In this document: piece by piece, positions 48,328 to 60,429 of the stretch
Layout of the letters: each line of letters opens with the position of its first letter
How positions within the stretch are numbered: the first letter of the stretch is position 1
Assembly (NCBI GenBank): GCA_051313645.2
Contig: JBNRSN020000010.1
Location: 9,920,001-9,984,000 of the forward strand
DNA: 64,000 bases
From: Centroscyllium fabricii
Lineage: Eukaryota
Direction: 5' to 3'
Notes under the pieces: model-generated
The model's database searches: none
Seen by the model: the letters and a program-made list of their open reading frames with translations, nothing else
Told to the model about the DNA's origin: nothing
Program-made: the position numbers and the translations under genes

Positions 48328-51300
48328 ATGCCAGCAGGGATCGAAACAGCACGCCACCAAAGACGGGGCCAGCACTTCGGCCAAATCCCAAACATACCTG
48401 TGTTCTGGGAACTCCGTCCAGCGGCCTGGTTCCTCAACACTGAGAACACCTTCCACATCTATGGCGTGCAGGGGGACGATCGCTACAGCCTGCTCTTCGC
48501 AGCCCTTGCGCAGCCCACAATCGACCGAATGTGGGACTCCATCGAGCAAGAACCAACTGCTGGCAGGTATGAAACGCTGAAGGCCGCGCTGCTCCAAATA
48601 TTTACCCCCACCATTTTTGAGCGCGACTGCCAAGTCATTAACTTCCCCGACCTGGGGGACGCAGACCCCACCGACCTGTGGGGCCAATTCAAAGCGCTTA
48701 ACTGCGACCCGGCCACTCTCAAGCGCGACTTGTACCTCCTTAAACTGCCCCCCTCCGTCAGACCGGCTCTGACGGTCCTGGAGCACTACTCAAACAAACA
48801 ACTAGCTCAGGAGGTAGACAAGCTGAAAAAGGCCAAGCGCACCCGCGCCACCATGCACCGTAACGCTGCCGCTCCACCGGAGCAGTACTACGCGCACCCC
48901 AGGCCCGGGCCCAGGCCCCAAGCCAGAGCGGTGCGGACCCACAAAAAAACACGCACTACGGGCCCAGGCTGGTGCTACTACCACACCAGGTTTGAAGCCA
49001 AAGCGCAGCGCTGCGTCCATCCCTGCACATTCAAACCCCAAACCAGCCCAGGCCCCACCATACCCGTAGGCCGCTCCGGAGCACAGCTCTTCATTACAGA
49101 CAGTTGCTCAGGCCTCCGCTTCCTCTGCGACACAGGCGCGCAGCACAGCATCGTGCCAGCCTCCCCCGCAGAAACCAAGCAATGCACCCAAGACCCACCA
49201 TTCGAAACCGCAAACGGCTGCGAGATAGTTACGTTCGGCACCCGCCAGCTTACCATCAAGCTGGCAGGCCACACGTACACGTGGGACGTTATCGCAGCCC
49301 AAATTAAAATACCCCTACTCGGGGCCGACTTTCTGTGCGCCCACGGACTCCTGGTCGACGTTACCCGACGCCGCCTGGTCGACATCCACAACATGTCGAC
49401 CATCCCAATCTCCACAAGGCCGGCACACCAGGCACACGCAGCGGCCCACTGCTGAGCCCGGAACTCCGACACGTATGCCACGCTGCTCGCGGAGTTCCCA
49501 GCCCTCACCAACCCCACCTTCACAGCCCGCACGGCCAAGCACGGGGTGGAGCATCACATCACCACCACAGGCCCCCCAGTCCATGCCCACGCATGCAGGC
49601 TGGACCCAGCCAAGCTGGAGATCGCGCGCGCCGAGTTCCACATCATGGAACAGCTCAGCATAATCCGCCGCTCCAGCAGCCCCTCGGCCTCCCCCCTCCA
49701 CATTGCCCCCAAACCCGGCGGTGGCTGGCGCCCCTGCGGAGACTACCGCCGCCTCAACAACACCACTACCCCAGACAGGTACACCATTCCCCACATCCAA
49801 GATTTCTCAGCAGGTCTAGCCAGCTGCACGGTCTTTTCTAAGGTCGACCTGGTATGGGGCTACCACCAGGTAACGGTGCACCCGCCGGACGTCCCTAAAA
49901 CTGCCCTGGCCAATGCCACCCCATTCGGCCTGTTCGAATTCCTCCGAATGCCCTTCAGACACAAAAACGCAGCCCAGGCCTTCCAACGCCTCATGGACTC
50001 AGTCCTACGGGAACTGCAGTTCACGTTCGTCTATCTCGACGACATCCTCGTGGCCAGCGCCTCCCCCCAGGAACACCTCATCCATCTCAAGGCCCTTTTC
50101 AACCGTCTGGCCGAACACAGACTGATATTAAGCCCCTCCAAATGTCGATTCGGCCTCGAGACGATCGACTTCCTTGGCCACCACATTTCCCAGACCGGGG
50201 CCATACCCCTGCCCTCCAAGGTGCAGGCGGTCCATGAATTCCCCCGCACGAACTCCATAATAATAATAATAATAATTCAACTTTATTGTCATTATACAAT
50301 GTACAAGTACATGAACAACGAAATGTGATCTTGCAAGCTCCCAAGAGTCCAGCAAAGCCGCTGCGTATGTGCGCACCGCCATTACATCTTTCCATCATTC
50401 CGACAATCTTCAGCCAACCGCCCCTCCCCGGGGCTTTTTTCGTGACCTTCTGCACCTGGTATTCCCTGGTGGTTGCCCATCCAAGTACTAACCAGGCCTG
50501 GCTCTGCTTAGCTTCCAAGCCTTGCCAGTGACCCTGTCACTAGTCCCAGGAACAAGGCATCAAGTGGCTGCAGGAATTCCTTGGGTGGTTAATTTCTACA
50601 ACCGTTTCATCCCCGGAGCAGCCACTCTCATGGCCCCCCTCTAACACGCCACCCGCGGGCAGTCCAACAAGGCTACGGTCGAGTGAACGGCCGAAGCCTC
50701 CACCGCCTTTACCGCAACCAAAACTGCCCTGGCCAATGCCACTCTCCTCAGCCACCCTAGGCCCAATGCCAGAGTAGCCCTCACCACCGACGCCTCCGAC
50801 CACGCTGTCGGAGCAGTCTTTGAGTAGTGGACGGGCGACTCCTGTCAGCCCCTGGCCTTTTTCAGCCGACAACTCCGGCCCCCGGAGGTCAAGTACAGCG
50901 CCTTCGATAGGGAGCTACTCGCACTCTACCTCGCGGTGCACCACTTCCGCTTCCTCTTAGAGGGCCGCCACTTCACAGCCTTCGTGGATCACAAGCAACT
51001 CGTGTCTGCAATGGCTAAGATCTCTGAACCCTGGTCGGCCAGGCAGCAGCGCCAGCTCGTAGCTGTGTTGGAATTCATGACCGACATCCAGCACATCGCC
51101 GGCCACGACAACGTGGTCGCTGACTGCCTCTCACGCCCCACCATCGACAAAGCGGTCGCCGACCGCCCCCCACGCCCCACCATCGACAACGTGGTCTCTG
51201 ACTGCCCTTCACACCCCACCACCGACAGCGTCTGCGCACGCTGCCTCTCACGCCCCACCATCAACTCCGTCCAAACGGCCGTCGACTATACCAAAATGAC

Positions 51301-52575
51301 GGCCGACCAACAAACAGACCCTGACCTGCTCGACCCTGCCACCAAACTCCCCGGCCTGCTCTTGGCCACCATAGCACACGGGCCCACAGCCACAGCGGTC
51401 CGCTGCGACATCTCCCTCCCTCAGCCCAGACCCGTCGTCCCCCACACATGGGGGCGACACATCTTCCAGACCCTCCATGACCTTTCCCACCCCAGTGTCT
51501 GCACGTCCACCAAACTCATCTCTGGCGATTCATTTGGCGCAGCCTGCGCAAAGATGTCCGTGCCTGGAACAACTCGTGCAATGTCTGCCAGCATGCCAAG
51601 GTGCACAAGCACATCAAGGCACAGCTCAAAACCAACGCCATCCCAGCTAGACGCTTCAGCCATGTACACATCGACCTGGTCGGACCACTACCACCATCAC
51701 GGGGACATTCACACATCCTAACAATGGTCGACCGCAGCACCCGCTGGCCAGAAGCAGTCCCCCTCACCACTACCACCACCGGCGACCTGACCAGGGCCTT
51801 CATTGCCACCTGGGTCGCCCGCTTTGGCGTCCCCACCGACATCACATCAGACAGGGGCCCCCAATTTACCTCAACCCTATGGGCAACCATTGCCCACGAC
51901 CTCGGGGCAACCCTGCACCGAACCACCGCCTAACACCCTCAGGCCAACGGCCTCTGCGAACGGTTCCACCGATCTTTCAAAGCTTCCTTGCGGGCCAGCC
52001 TCAAAGACGCGACCTGGACCGACCGCCTGCCCTGGGTAATGCTCGGTCTACGTTCAGCGGCCAAGGAAGACCTGCACGCCTCAGCAGCTGAACTGGTCTA
52101 TGGCCAACCACTAACTGTACCGGGCGAGATCGTGGCAGAAACCAACGAACACTGGTCAGCCGAGCGCTGCCTCAAAGACTTTAACAATCAGGCAGCTGCA
52201 TTCAAACCACTTCCGGTGGCCCGGCACGGAGAGCCGGCAGCATGTGTTCCAGACGGCATCCAAAATGCCAAGTATGTGTTTGTCCGCCACGACGCACATC
52301 GAACACCACTACAACCACCGTACGATGGACCATTCAGAGTGCTTCGGGTGGGACCCAAAACTTTTCAAATTAAAATGGGCAATAGAGCCGAGACTGTCTC
52401 AATTGACCGGCTCAAACCGGCACACGTAATGGCGGGCGAGACAACAGTCCCCGCACAGCCACCAAAACGCGAACGCCCTACCGCACCAAACCCCGCCCGC
52501 ACTTCTACGCAGAACAAGGAGCAGCGCACGACACGTGCTGGCCGCATCATCAGGCCACCTCAGCACCTCGCCTGA
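48328..52575 (+). pseudogene. Disrupted gag-pol of Gypsy 3
   Basis: CHCC motif CYYHTRFEAKAQRCVHPC, LCDTGA, YLDD and IN HIDLVGPL...GPF. It has several stops and frameshifts plus a SINE insertion. Confidence 0.93.
50259..50558 (-). mobile_element. 5S-rRNA-derived SINE (SINE3-type), ~300 bp, nested in Gypsy 3 pol
   Basis: 50516-50446 reads GGAAGCTAAGCAGAGCCAGGCCTGGTTAGTACTTGGATGGGCAACCACCAGGGAATACCAGGTGCAGAAGG, matching the 5S 3' part with the A, IE and C boxes. The tail is ...aatgacaataaagttgaa(tta)n, with a short CAT duplication at the flanks. Absent from Gypsy 1 and 2. Confidence 0.88.
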
Positions 52576-53072
52576 GCCGACACGTGCAGGCTACATCATC
52601 AGCCCGCCTCAACAGCACATTTCGGAACATGGAACAGTGCACGACACGTGCGGGCCACACCATCAGGCCACCTCGGCAAACCGCCGGAGATTCTATGTTA
52701 TACTCGAAGATTTGTGCTTGCTCTCCTTTATGTCTCCTTCTCCTCTAGGTCCAGCCTCGCTCTCCCTCATGGATTCTGGGGGGGAGCTGTGTGGCGACAC
52801 GCCCACCAGCAACATCGAATCCGCCTCGGGAGCGCTGCAAGACGGCCCTGCCCACCTGGCGGCGTGCTGACGTCACCGCGACTATCGGCGTGATGACGTC
52901 GCCAGGTGGACACCCGGCAGTGACGTCACCTTCCGCGGGAACTTTAAATACCTGGGCTCCAGGTGGCTCAGTCCCTTTTTCACCTGGCCCTAGCAGTAGT
53001 AACAATAAATGATAACTTTCCGACTCATCTGTGTCCAGTGTGGTTCTTCGGCCCTGCATGCCTCTACACCCC

Positions 53073-56000
53073 TCCTTTATCTGTGTTAATGCTACAATTA
53101 CAATAGATGAGACCGTGCCCCAACTGTGCCACTGCTACCACTACACGTACAATAAGTATGACCATGCAAGTACTGTTCATTGCCACCCATAAGCAGACAC
53201 GAAACATGGCAGTGCCCCTCCTGCCCTTGGTGTTAAATCTACAGTTACTATTGATGCGGACGTGCCTTGCCTGTCCTAGTGTATACCGTGCACTTACATT
53301 ATATGTTTGGCTGCCTCTCCCTTCCCGGTACTATCCCTACGCTGAATTTGGAAGTGACTGTACCACTCCTGTCCCAGTGCTACCCCCCAAGTACACCAGA
53401 TATGACCGTTCTCACCTGTCCCAGTGGCACTCCTAAACCTTACAGTAGATGGGAGCGTATCCGTCCTATGCGAGTTTTACCCTACACTGAAACAAGATGA
53501 GACCGCACCACACCTGCTCCAGGGTTACCCATGCACTGATACTAGATCTGACTGTAACCTTCATGTCCACGTGCTACCCCGACATTAACATTAGATATGA
53601 CCGTACCACTCCTGTCCCAGCAATACCCCTATATTGAAGCAAGATGAGAACGAGCCCCTCCTGTCCCAGTGCTACCCCGTCATTTACAATAGATGTGAAC
53701 GAGGCCCTCCTGTCCCAGGGCTATGTAAACCCTGTCACTACATGTGACATTCCCGCATCTGTCGCAGCGTTCACCCTAAACTTACACTAGATGTTGCCGA
53801 ACCCCTCCTTTCTCAGTTATCCGCCTACCTTTACATTTGCTGTGAAGGAGGCCCTCCTTTCCCATGCTACATCTGCACAGATACTAGATTGGAGCATGTC
53901 GCTCCTGTCGCAGTGCTGCCCGTACAAATAAGCTGCAAATGCACGTCACTCTCCTCTCCCCGTGCTACATCTACACTTACACAAGATGTGACAGTGCCCA
54001 TTCTGTCCATTTGTTACAACTAAAGTGACTCAGGATTTGACCATGCCCCTTCTGTCCCAGTGTTTCCCCTACACTGATACTAGGTGTAAATGTGCCCATC
54101 CTCTCCCAGTCGGAACCATACACAGACATGAGATATAATCGTGCCCATCCTATCACAATGCTGCCCATAAACTCACACTAGATTTTGAATTTGCCTCTCC
54201 TTTCCCAGTATTTCCCCTACAGTTGCACGAGATGTAACCGTGTCCCTCCTGTCCCAGTGCTGCCCCGAAACTTGCAGCAGATGTGACCATATCGCTCTTG
54301 TGCAGTGCTACACATACACATCCAGGGGATCTGACCGCGCCCCTCCTGTGCCAGTGTTATCACTACATTTGCAGTAGATGTGACTGTACCGCCATTGTCA
54401 TAGTGTTACGCATCCACTGACGCTAGATATGACCATGCCCCTCCTGTCGCATTGTTAGTCCTGCACTTGCACTAGATGGAACTATGCCTCTCCTTACCCG
54501 GTGTTACCGCTACTCTTAAACTAGATCTGAGCGGACTCCTGCAGGCCAAGTGTAAACCCAACATTTACACTAGATGCGACCGATGCTCCCCAGTGCCGAA
54601 ACCGCCCATATACGGACATGAAATGTGAAAGTGCCCCTCCTATGCCTGCGGTACGCCTACATTGACACAAATTATTACTGTGACTCTCATTTCCGTTTTT
54701 TATCTACTATTACTTTTGATGTGACTGTGCCTCTACTGTCCCAGTGTCACCCATACACTGTGATTAGTTGCGACATTGTCACTCCTGTTCCAGCTAGCCC
54801 TACACTGAAACTAAATGTGATGGTACCTCTCCTCTTTCAGCGATTGTCCTATACTGACACTAAATTTGTCCTTGCCCCTACTGTCCCAGTGCAACCTCTA
54901 CTTTTACAATTGATGTTCCTGCACCCCCCCTGTCACAGTGTTACCCAGACACTCTCACTAAATGTGATCTTGACCCTCCTGTCCCAGCTTCCACTACACT
55001 GAAACTAGATTGGATTGTACCTCTCAAGTGCCATCACTTCCCCACAACTGATACTACATGTGCCCATGTCTTTCCTGTCCCAGTGCTACCCATACATTTA
55101 GATTCGATGTGACAGTGCCCTCCTGCCTCTCTGTTAGTCTTATATTTTAACGAGATGTGTTGGCCCCTCATATCTCAGCTTACCCTCTACACTGACACTA
55201 GAATTTGACCGTGCCATTCCATTCCAGGTTTTACCCCTACATTTACACGAGAAGTGTCCGTGCCCGTACGGTTCAAGCGCTAATCCTACACTGACACAAG
55301 TTTTGAGCGTGGCCCTCCTGTCCCAGTGCACCCCTACGATTACACTAGATGTGACTGGGGCCCTACAGTTTCAGTGTTACCTCTACATTTACACTAGATG
55401 TGTGCCTGCCCATGCTGCCCTAGTTTTAGCTCTAAACATACACTAGATATGACCGTGACCCTCTTGTCGCAGTGCTAACTCTACACTTACATTAGATGTG
55501 ATGTTGACCCTCCCGTTCCAGCTACGCTTACAGTGAAAGTAGCTGTGATTGTATCGCTCCTGTGCCAGCGCTTCCGCTAAACTGATAATAAATGTGTCCG
55601 TGCCCCTCCTGTCCCAGTGCTAACCCGACACTTACACTAGATGTAACCATGAACATCCTTTTGCTGCTTTAGCCATACACTGACAACACAAGTGAGAGTG
55701 TCACTCCTGCCCCAGTGATACCCCCACAATTACACTAGATGTGACCATGCCCCTCCTTTTGCTGCTTTAGCCATACATGTACAACACACGCAAGAGTTTC
55801 ACTCGTGCCAAAATGTTACCCCACACTTTAACTAGAGGTGAACGTGCCCCTCCTGTCCCAGTGTTAACCCTACACTGACATTTGATGGGACCGTGTGCAC
55901 CCCACCCTCCGTCTTTCTGTTTCACCTACACTAACACTGGTTGTGAGTGTGTACCTCCTGTCGCAGTGGGAACACTACACTGACAGTAGGTGTTCTAAGC

Positions 56001-57290
56001 CCATCCTGTCCCGGTGCTACAGCTACACATACACTAGATGTGACCATATCCCTCCTGCCACTGTGTGACCCCTACATTTACATTAGCTCTGACCGTGTCC
56101 CTATCGTCCCAGTGGCACCCCTTCACTTACACGAAATGTGAGCATAGCTATCCTGCCCCAGGGCTATTCCTACATTTGCGCTAGTTGTGGCCAAGGCCCT
56201 TCAATCACAGAGCTGCCATACACAGACACGAAATATAACAGTGCCCCTCCCGTCCCTGTGTTACCGCTACAATGACACTATTTGTGACCGTGTCTCTACT
56301 GTCCCAGTTTTTCCCCTACTTTTACACTAGTGGTGATATTGCCCCTCCAACCCATATGCTACCCCGAAACTGATACTAGATGTGATGGTACCACTCCTGT
56401 CCCAGCGCTTCCCCTATTCTTACACTAGTTTAGAATGTGCCCCTCATGTCACACTGCATCCCCTACACTTACACAATATGTGATCGTACCCCTCCTGTAA
56501 CAGTGCTAGCCTTGCTCTTAAACAAAATGTGACCGAGCCCCTTCTGTCACAGTGTTAAACATACACTCACACTTGATTTGATCTTGCCCCTCCTGTCCCA
56601 GTGTTAACTCTACACTTACATTAGATGTGACCATGGCTCTCATCTGCCAGAGTACCCCTACACCTACTTTAGATGTGACCATAAACCTGCAGTCCCAGTG
56701 ACGATACTACACTCACAGAAGATGTGTGATTGCCCCCCTTTCCCAGTTTTCCCTCGACTCTGTATCTAGATGTGACGGTACCCCTCCTATCCCAGTGTTA
56801 ACCGTATACTGTCATTAGATTTGTCTGTGCCCCTCCTTTGCCAGTGCTTCCCCTAAACTTTCACTGGATGTGATCGTGCCCCTGATGTCCCAGTGTAACC
56901 CCTGTATTTACACTAGCTCTGTCCGTGCCCCCCTTTCCCAGTGTTACCACTACACTTACACCACATGAAACCGTACCCTCAAGTCCCATTGTTACGTTTA
57001 GAATGACACTAGAATTGACCGTGTCCCTCCTGTCCCAGATTTACCAATACACTGACACTAGATGTGACCGTGCCCCTCTGGTACCAGTATTAGCCCAACA
57101 CTGAAACTGGATGTGACAGTTCCCTTCCTGTCCCAGTGATACACGATGACTAACACTAGATGTGACCGTGCCCCGCTGGCACCAGTGTTAGCCCTACACT
57201 GACACTAGATGTGACAATTCCCTTTCTGTCCCAGTGTTACCCCATAACTACCACTAGATGTGGCTGTGCCCCACCTGTGCCATTGTGACT
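53073..57290 (+). repeat. 49-bp satellite array, right part (53771 onward is the paralog of 1-3575)
   Basis: Same monomer. Monomer-specific variants are collinear with copy A, and the array ends at the same cattgtgactgtgttccattgctgactgac junction. Confidence 0.95.
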
Positions 57291-60200
57291 GTGTTCCATT
57301 GCTGACTGACCTCACATCAGCTTCACCAGCGCTCTGAGGTAGCGCCTCGTTCCTCGGCCTTTGCCCCTTAAGACAGGTGGGAAGCACCCGATTAACCGCT
57401 GCAATCACCTGCACGGGCGATAATAGCCAATTTTGAACGGAAGTTAAATAATTAACATCAGGCGCTTAACATTGTGCATAGCTGGAAATCGCGCCCCAAA
57501 TGGGGCGATACTGAAGTTTTCCCTCATTATTACTTGTAGCAATTCTTCTCTTCTTTGGCAGTCCGTCGGAACCGAGGACGACTTGCCTCCACATTAAGAA
57601 TGATTTCGCAGGTGACTGATTTTTCCAATGCCGGACCTGCAGTCTAGGTTCCTTTTAAGTATACTTCGTAATCTGAACCTTAAGATACAGAAACAGTGCT
57701 GATTTTTGCTTGTGACGATTGGAGATTTAATCACTGCCTCCAAAAAGGCTAAATGTCGAATCATTTAGAATCGAACATCACACATATAGATAATTACAAA
57801 CACACACACAATCTATTGACGTTAGGAAAGTGTCGTGAAAATAACTAATTTGTAGCTTTCTGTTGGCGATGTTAGTCCTTTGTTGATACTGAAAAATGAG
57901 AAGAATATATTTGATAGCTTGGCAAATAACTGAAATTTCAGTCCAATGCAGGAGGAAAGCAAATCAAACACCTCCACACCCAGATAGCCATAAAGGACAT
58001 AAATGGGTCAATATCAAATATTTCATGCTGCATCATCTTTCGACATCACTGTGTGTACAGACTTGAGGTGCTGCACGTTAAGCAACCAACAAGTGATTTG
58101 CATGATGCAGATGCCTGAGGAACGGTTTAATGACATGGCCAATCAAGCTGACATCACCAGTACATGAATATTTAATTGTAACTCTTATTAATGAGAATTT
58201 ATCTTAAATAATTTGTGGGTATTTTCCTCTGGCGGGAGCACGCCTGTAATCTGGAAATATCTGTGCCTTTATCCGAGTGCTTCCGTTACTGGGCCTCACC
58301 AATCTCGAAGTGTGCAGTGCCCAACTATCCCAGGGTGCATGTAGGTCGCAGCGTCGTTTGGACCACGTGGCCAGAGCGGTGGAATCATAGAAGGGAATCT
58401 CTCTTCATACATTTGACAGGTAGACCTGTCAAATACACGAATGGAGATCAACGAAAAATCCTAGGTAAACGTTAAATATTTTCCTTTAAATTGCATTTTT
58501 TATTTGCCTTGAAATTTCAATAAAGTATTTAAATGAATTATTTTTTTGAAAAATTATATAATGATTTTTATGGGGCTGAAACTAAACTTACCAGTTTTGA
58601 CAAAGTGTCCAGATAGTAAACGTTGACTGTATTTCTCTCTTCGCGGATCTTGTCTGGCCTGCTGATTTTTTTTCCAGAATTGTCAGTTGTTATTACCTTT
58701 TAGTAAAGTATTTTGAAATGAAAATCAGTCAAACCATTTTATTTTAATTTTTTTCAACACTTATACTGATGAAAGTAGAGCTTACGCCTGCTCATAACTG
58801 GCATCAGAATTGTAAGGGCATTCTGCCGGCGGAACGTCTCCAAAAAGCAGAACTACCCACGCGCAGAGGCCCTTCTCCAGTGCAGCCGGAGGATCTGTCA
58901 AACCATTTTTCACTTATTGGAAATACCGTTATTCAGGTCATGCGCTGTCCATGCCTGAAACCATCATTACCGATATCACTGGAGGTTGGTACACAGCGCG
59001 TACGCACCCATAGGTATCGGAATATCTGGAACAACAGGTAGAGATCTGCGCCATAGAATAGCTCGAGATAAATATATGATGCAGATGAGATGTTGTTTGT
59101 TGACGGCCGTGAGTGCTTTAATGCGCACAGAGGGGCACTGTAAGGAATTGATTAATCAGACTCTCCTGAAGTCTGTTAATGTTATATTGCATTGGTTTAT
59201 TTTTATATATTTTTTTTATGTTAACCTTCAGCATTTTACCATTAGCAGCAATTTACAAGAATATTCAAAGTAACGCTGGGCTGATGGGCCAGGCCTGACG
59301 CTGCAGCAGTCATCAGTATAAGGACGAAGCAAGAATATATTTAATTTAAGTGATTTCATCCCAAATTGATTCATATATTTTAGAGAACATTACTCATTTG
59401 ATAACGGATAGGAAGGTTATGTTCTGCAAATCAAATATCTGCACATATATCTTAATTTTTAATTGACATCAATGATACAGAAGTAAAGCATGAGGTATCA
59501 CTAAATGTTTCACTTGATATAATTGAAGTTCGATGGAGCAAGAGCGAAACTATTGATAAGGTAAGGAACTAAGGTTATAGTACGCGTTCGCCCAATAGAG
59601 TAAAAAACAGCTCGCTCAGTAAAGAAACCTCTTAATTGATGAAGGCAAAAGTTAATTTTTTTTATTTCCCCAATGATGCCAGGCACTGCCAATCGGGCGG
59701 GCAGTCAGATTCTGGGGGAAGTGATTGTGAATTGCGTGTAGCATTTTTGTAACAGGGGCAATCATATTTAACTGGATTCAGATGCCAACTGTAGCTGAGG
59801 CAGGAGTTAGGCACATGTTTTAATTCACTTCGTCAACGATGTGCCTGCATCCAGCTATAATCGTGAGATGGCGATGGCTAATCAACCACATCATTTAATA
59901 CCAACATAAGAAAAATAAATCAGTGGCACAAACCAGTTAGCCATTACATTACTGTGTGAAATGTCCCGTACTGTTCTGATTCCGCACGCACCTTTTCTAA
60001 TTAAGTAATTGTGTTACCTTGAGATTTTTCATAACTAACTAAACAGTTACTGTGTTCCCGGGAGATTCCGTGCCCACTATTTGTTACGAAACAGGAACCG
60101 TGTTCCCCTGTAACCTACTTCTATTTACATGCTTATTAAGCTTCATGGGCCCCAATTTCCATTTAAACCTGAACTCTCAATATCCCCTGTTCCCGATTTC

Positions 60201-60429
60201 AAATTAAATAGTTAACCTGCAGGCCTAATCTCCCTATTTCTAAATAAATGTTTACTATGTTACACTAAAGTAACTTTTATTCTATTTCTAATTAAACAGT
60301 TAATGTGTTCCCCTAGATTTGCCAATCCTCTATTTGTAATGAAACATTTGCTGTATTCCACTAAATTCACCAGAATTGTATTTGTAATTAAACAGCGACT
60401 GTATTACCGCGAATTCCCCGATGTTCCCC

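Larger units (their letters stand above)
47953..53068 (+). mobile_element. Ty3/Gypsy LTR retrotransposon 3, CsRn1-like (close relative of element 1), inserted in the satellite
   Basis: 279-bp LTRs at 47953-48231 and 52790-53068. TSD CCCC splits a monomer's GTGCCCCTCCT. PBS TGGTGACCTCGA and a G-rich PPT. Confidence 0.97.

Noticed and set aside
50446-50516. Functional 5S rRNA gene
   Set aside because: Only the 3' ~70 nt match, the 5' arm is foreign, there is no oligo-T terminator, and it sits in a tailed insertion inside a Gypsy pol.
40470-57290. CCCAGTG/CACAGTG in monomers as V(D)J RSS heptamers, or the array as an Ig switch region
   Set aside because: No ACAAAAACC nonamer at 12/23 spacing, no V/J/C segments recognised, and no AGCT-rich switch motifs. 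Only unit length and skew are similar.
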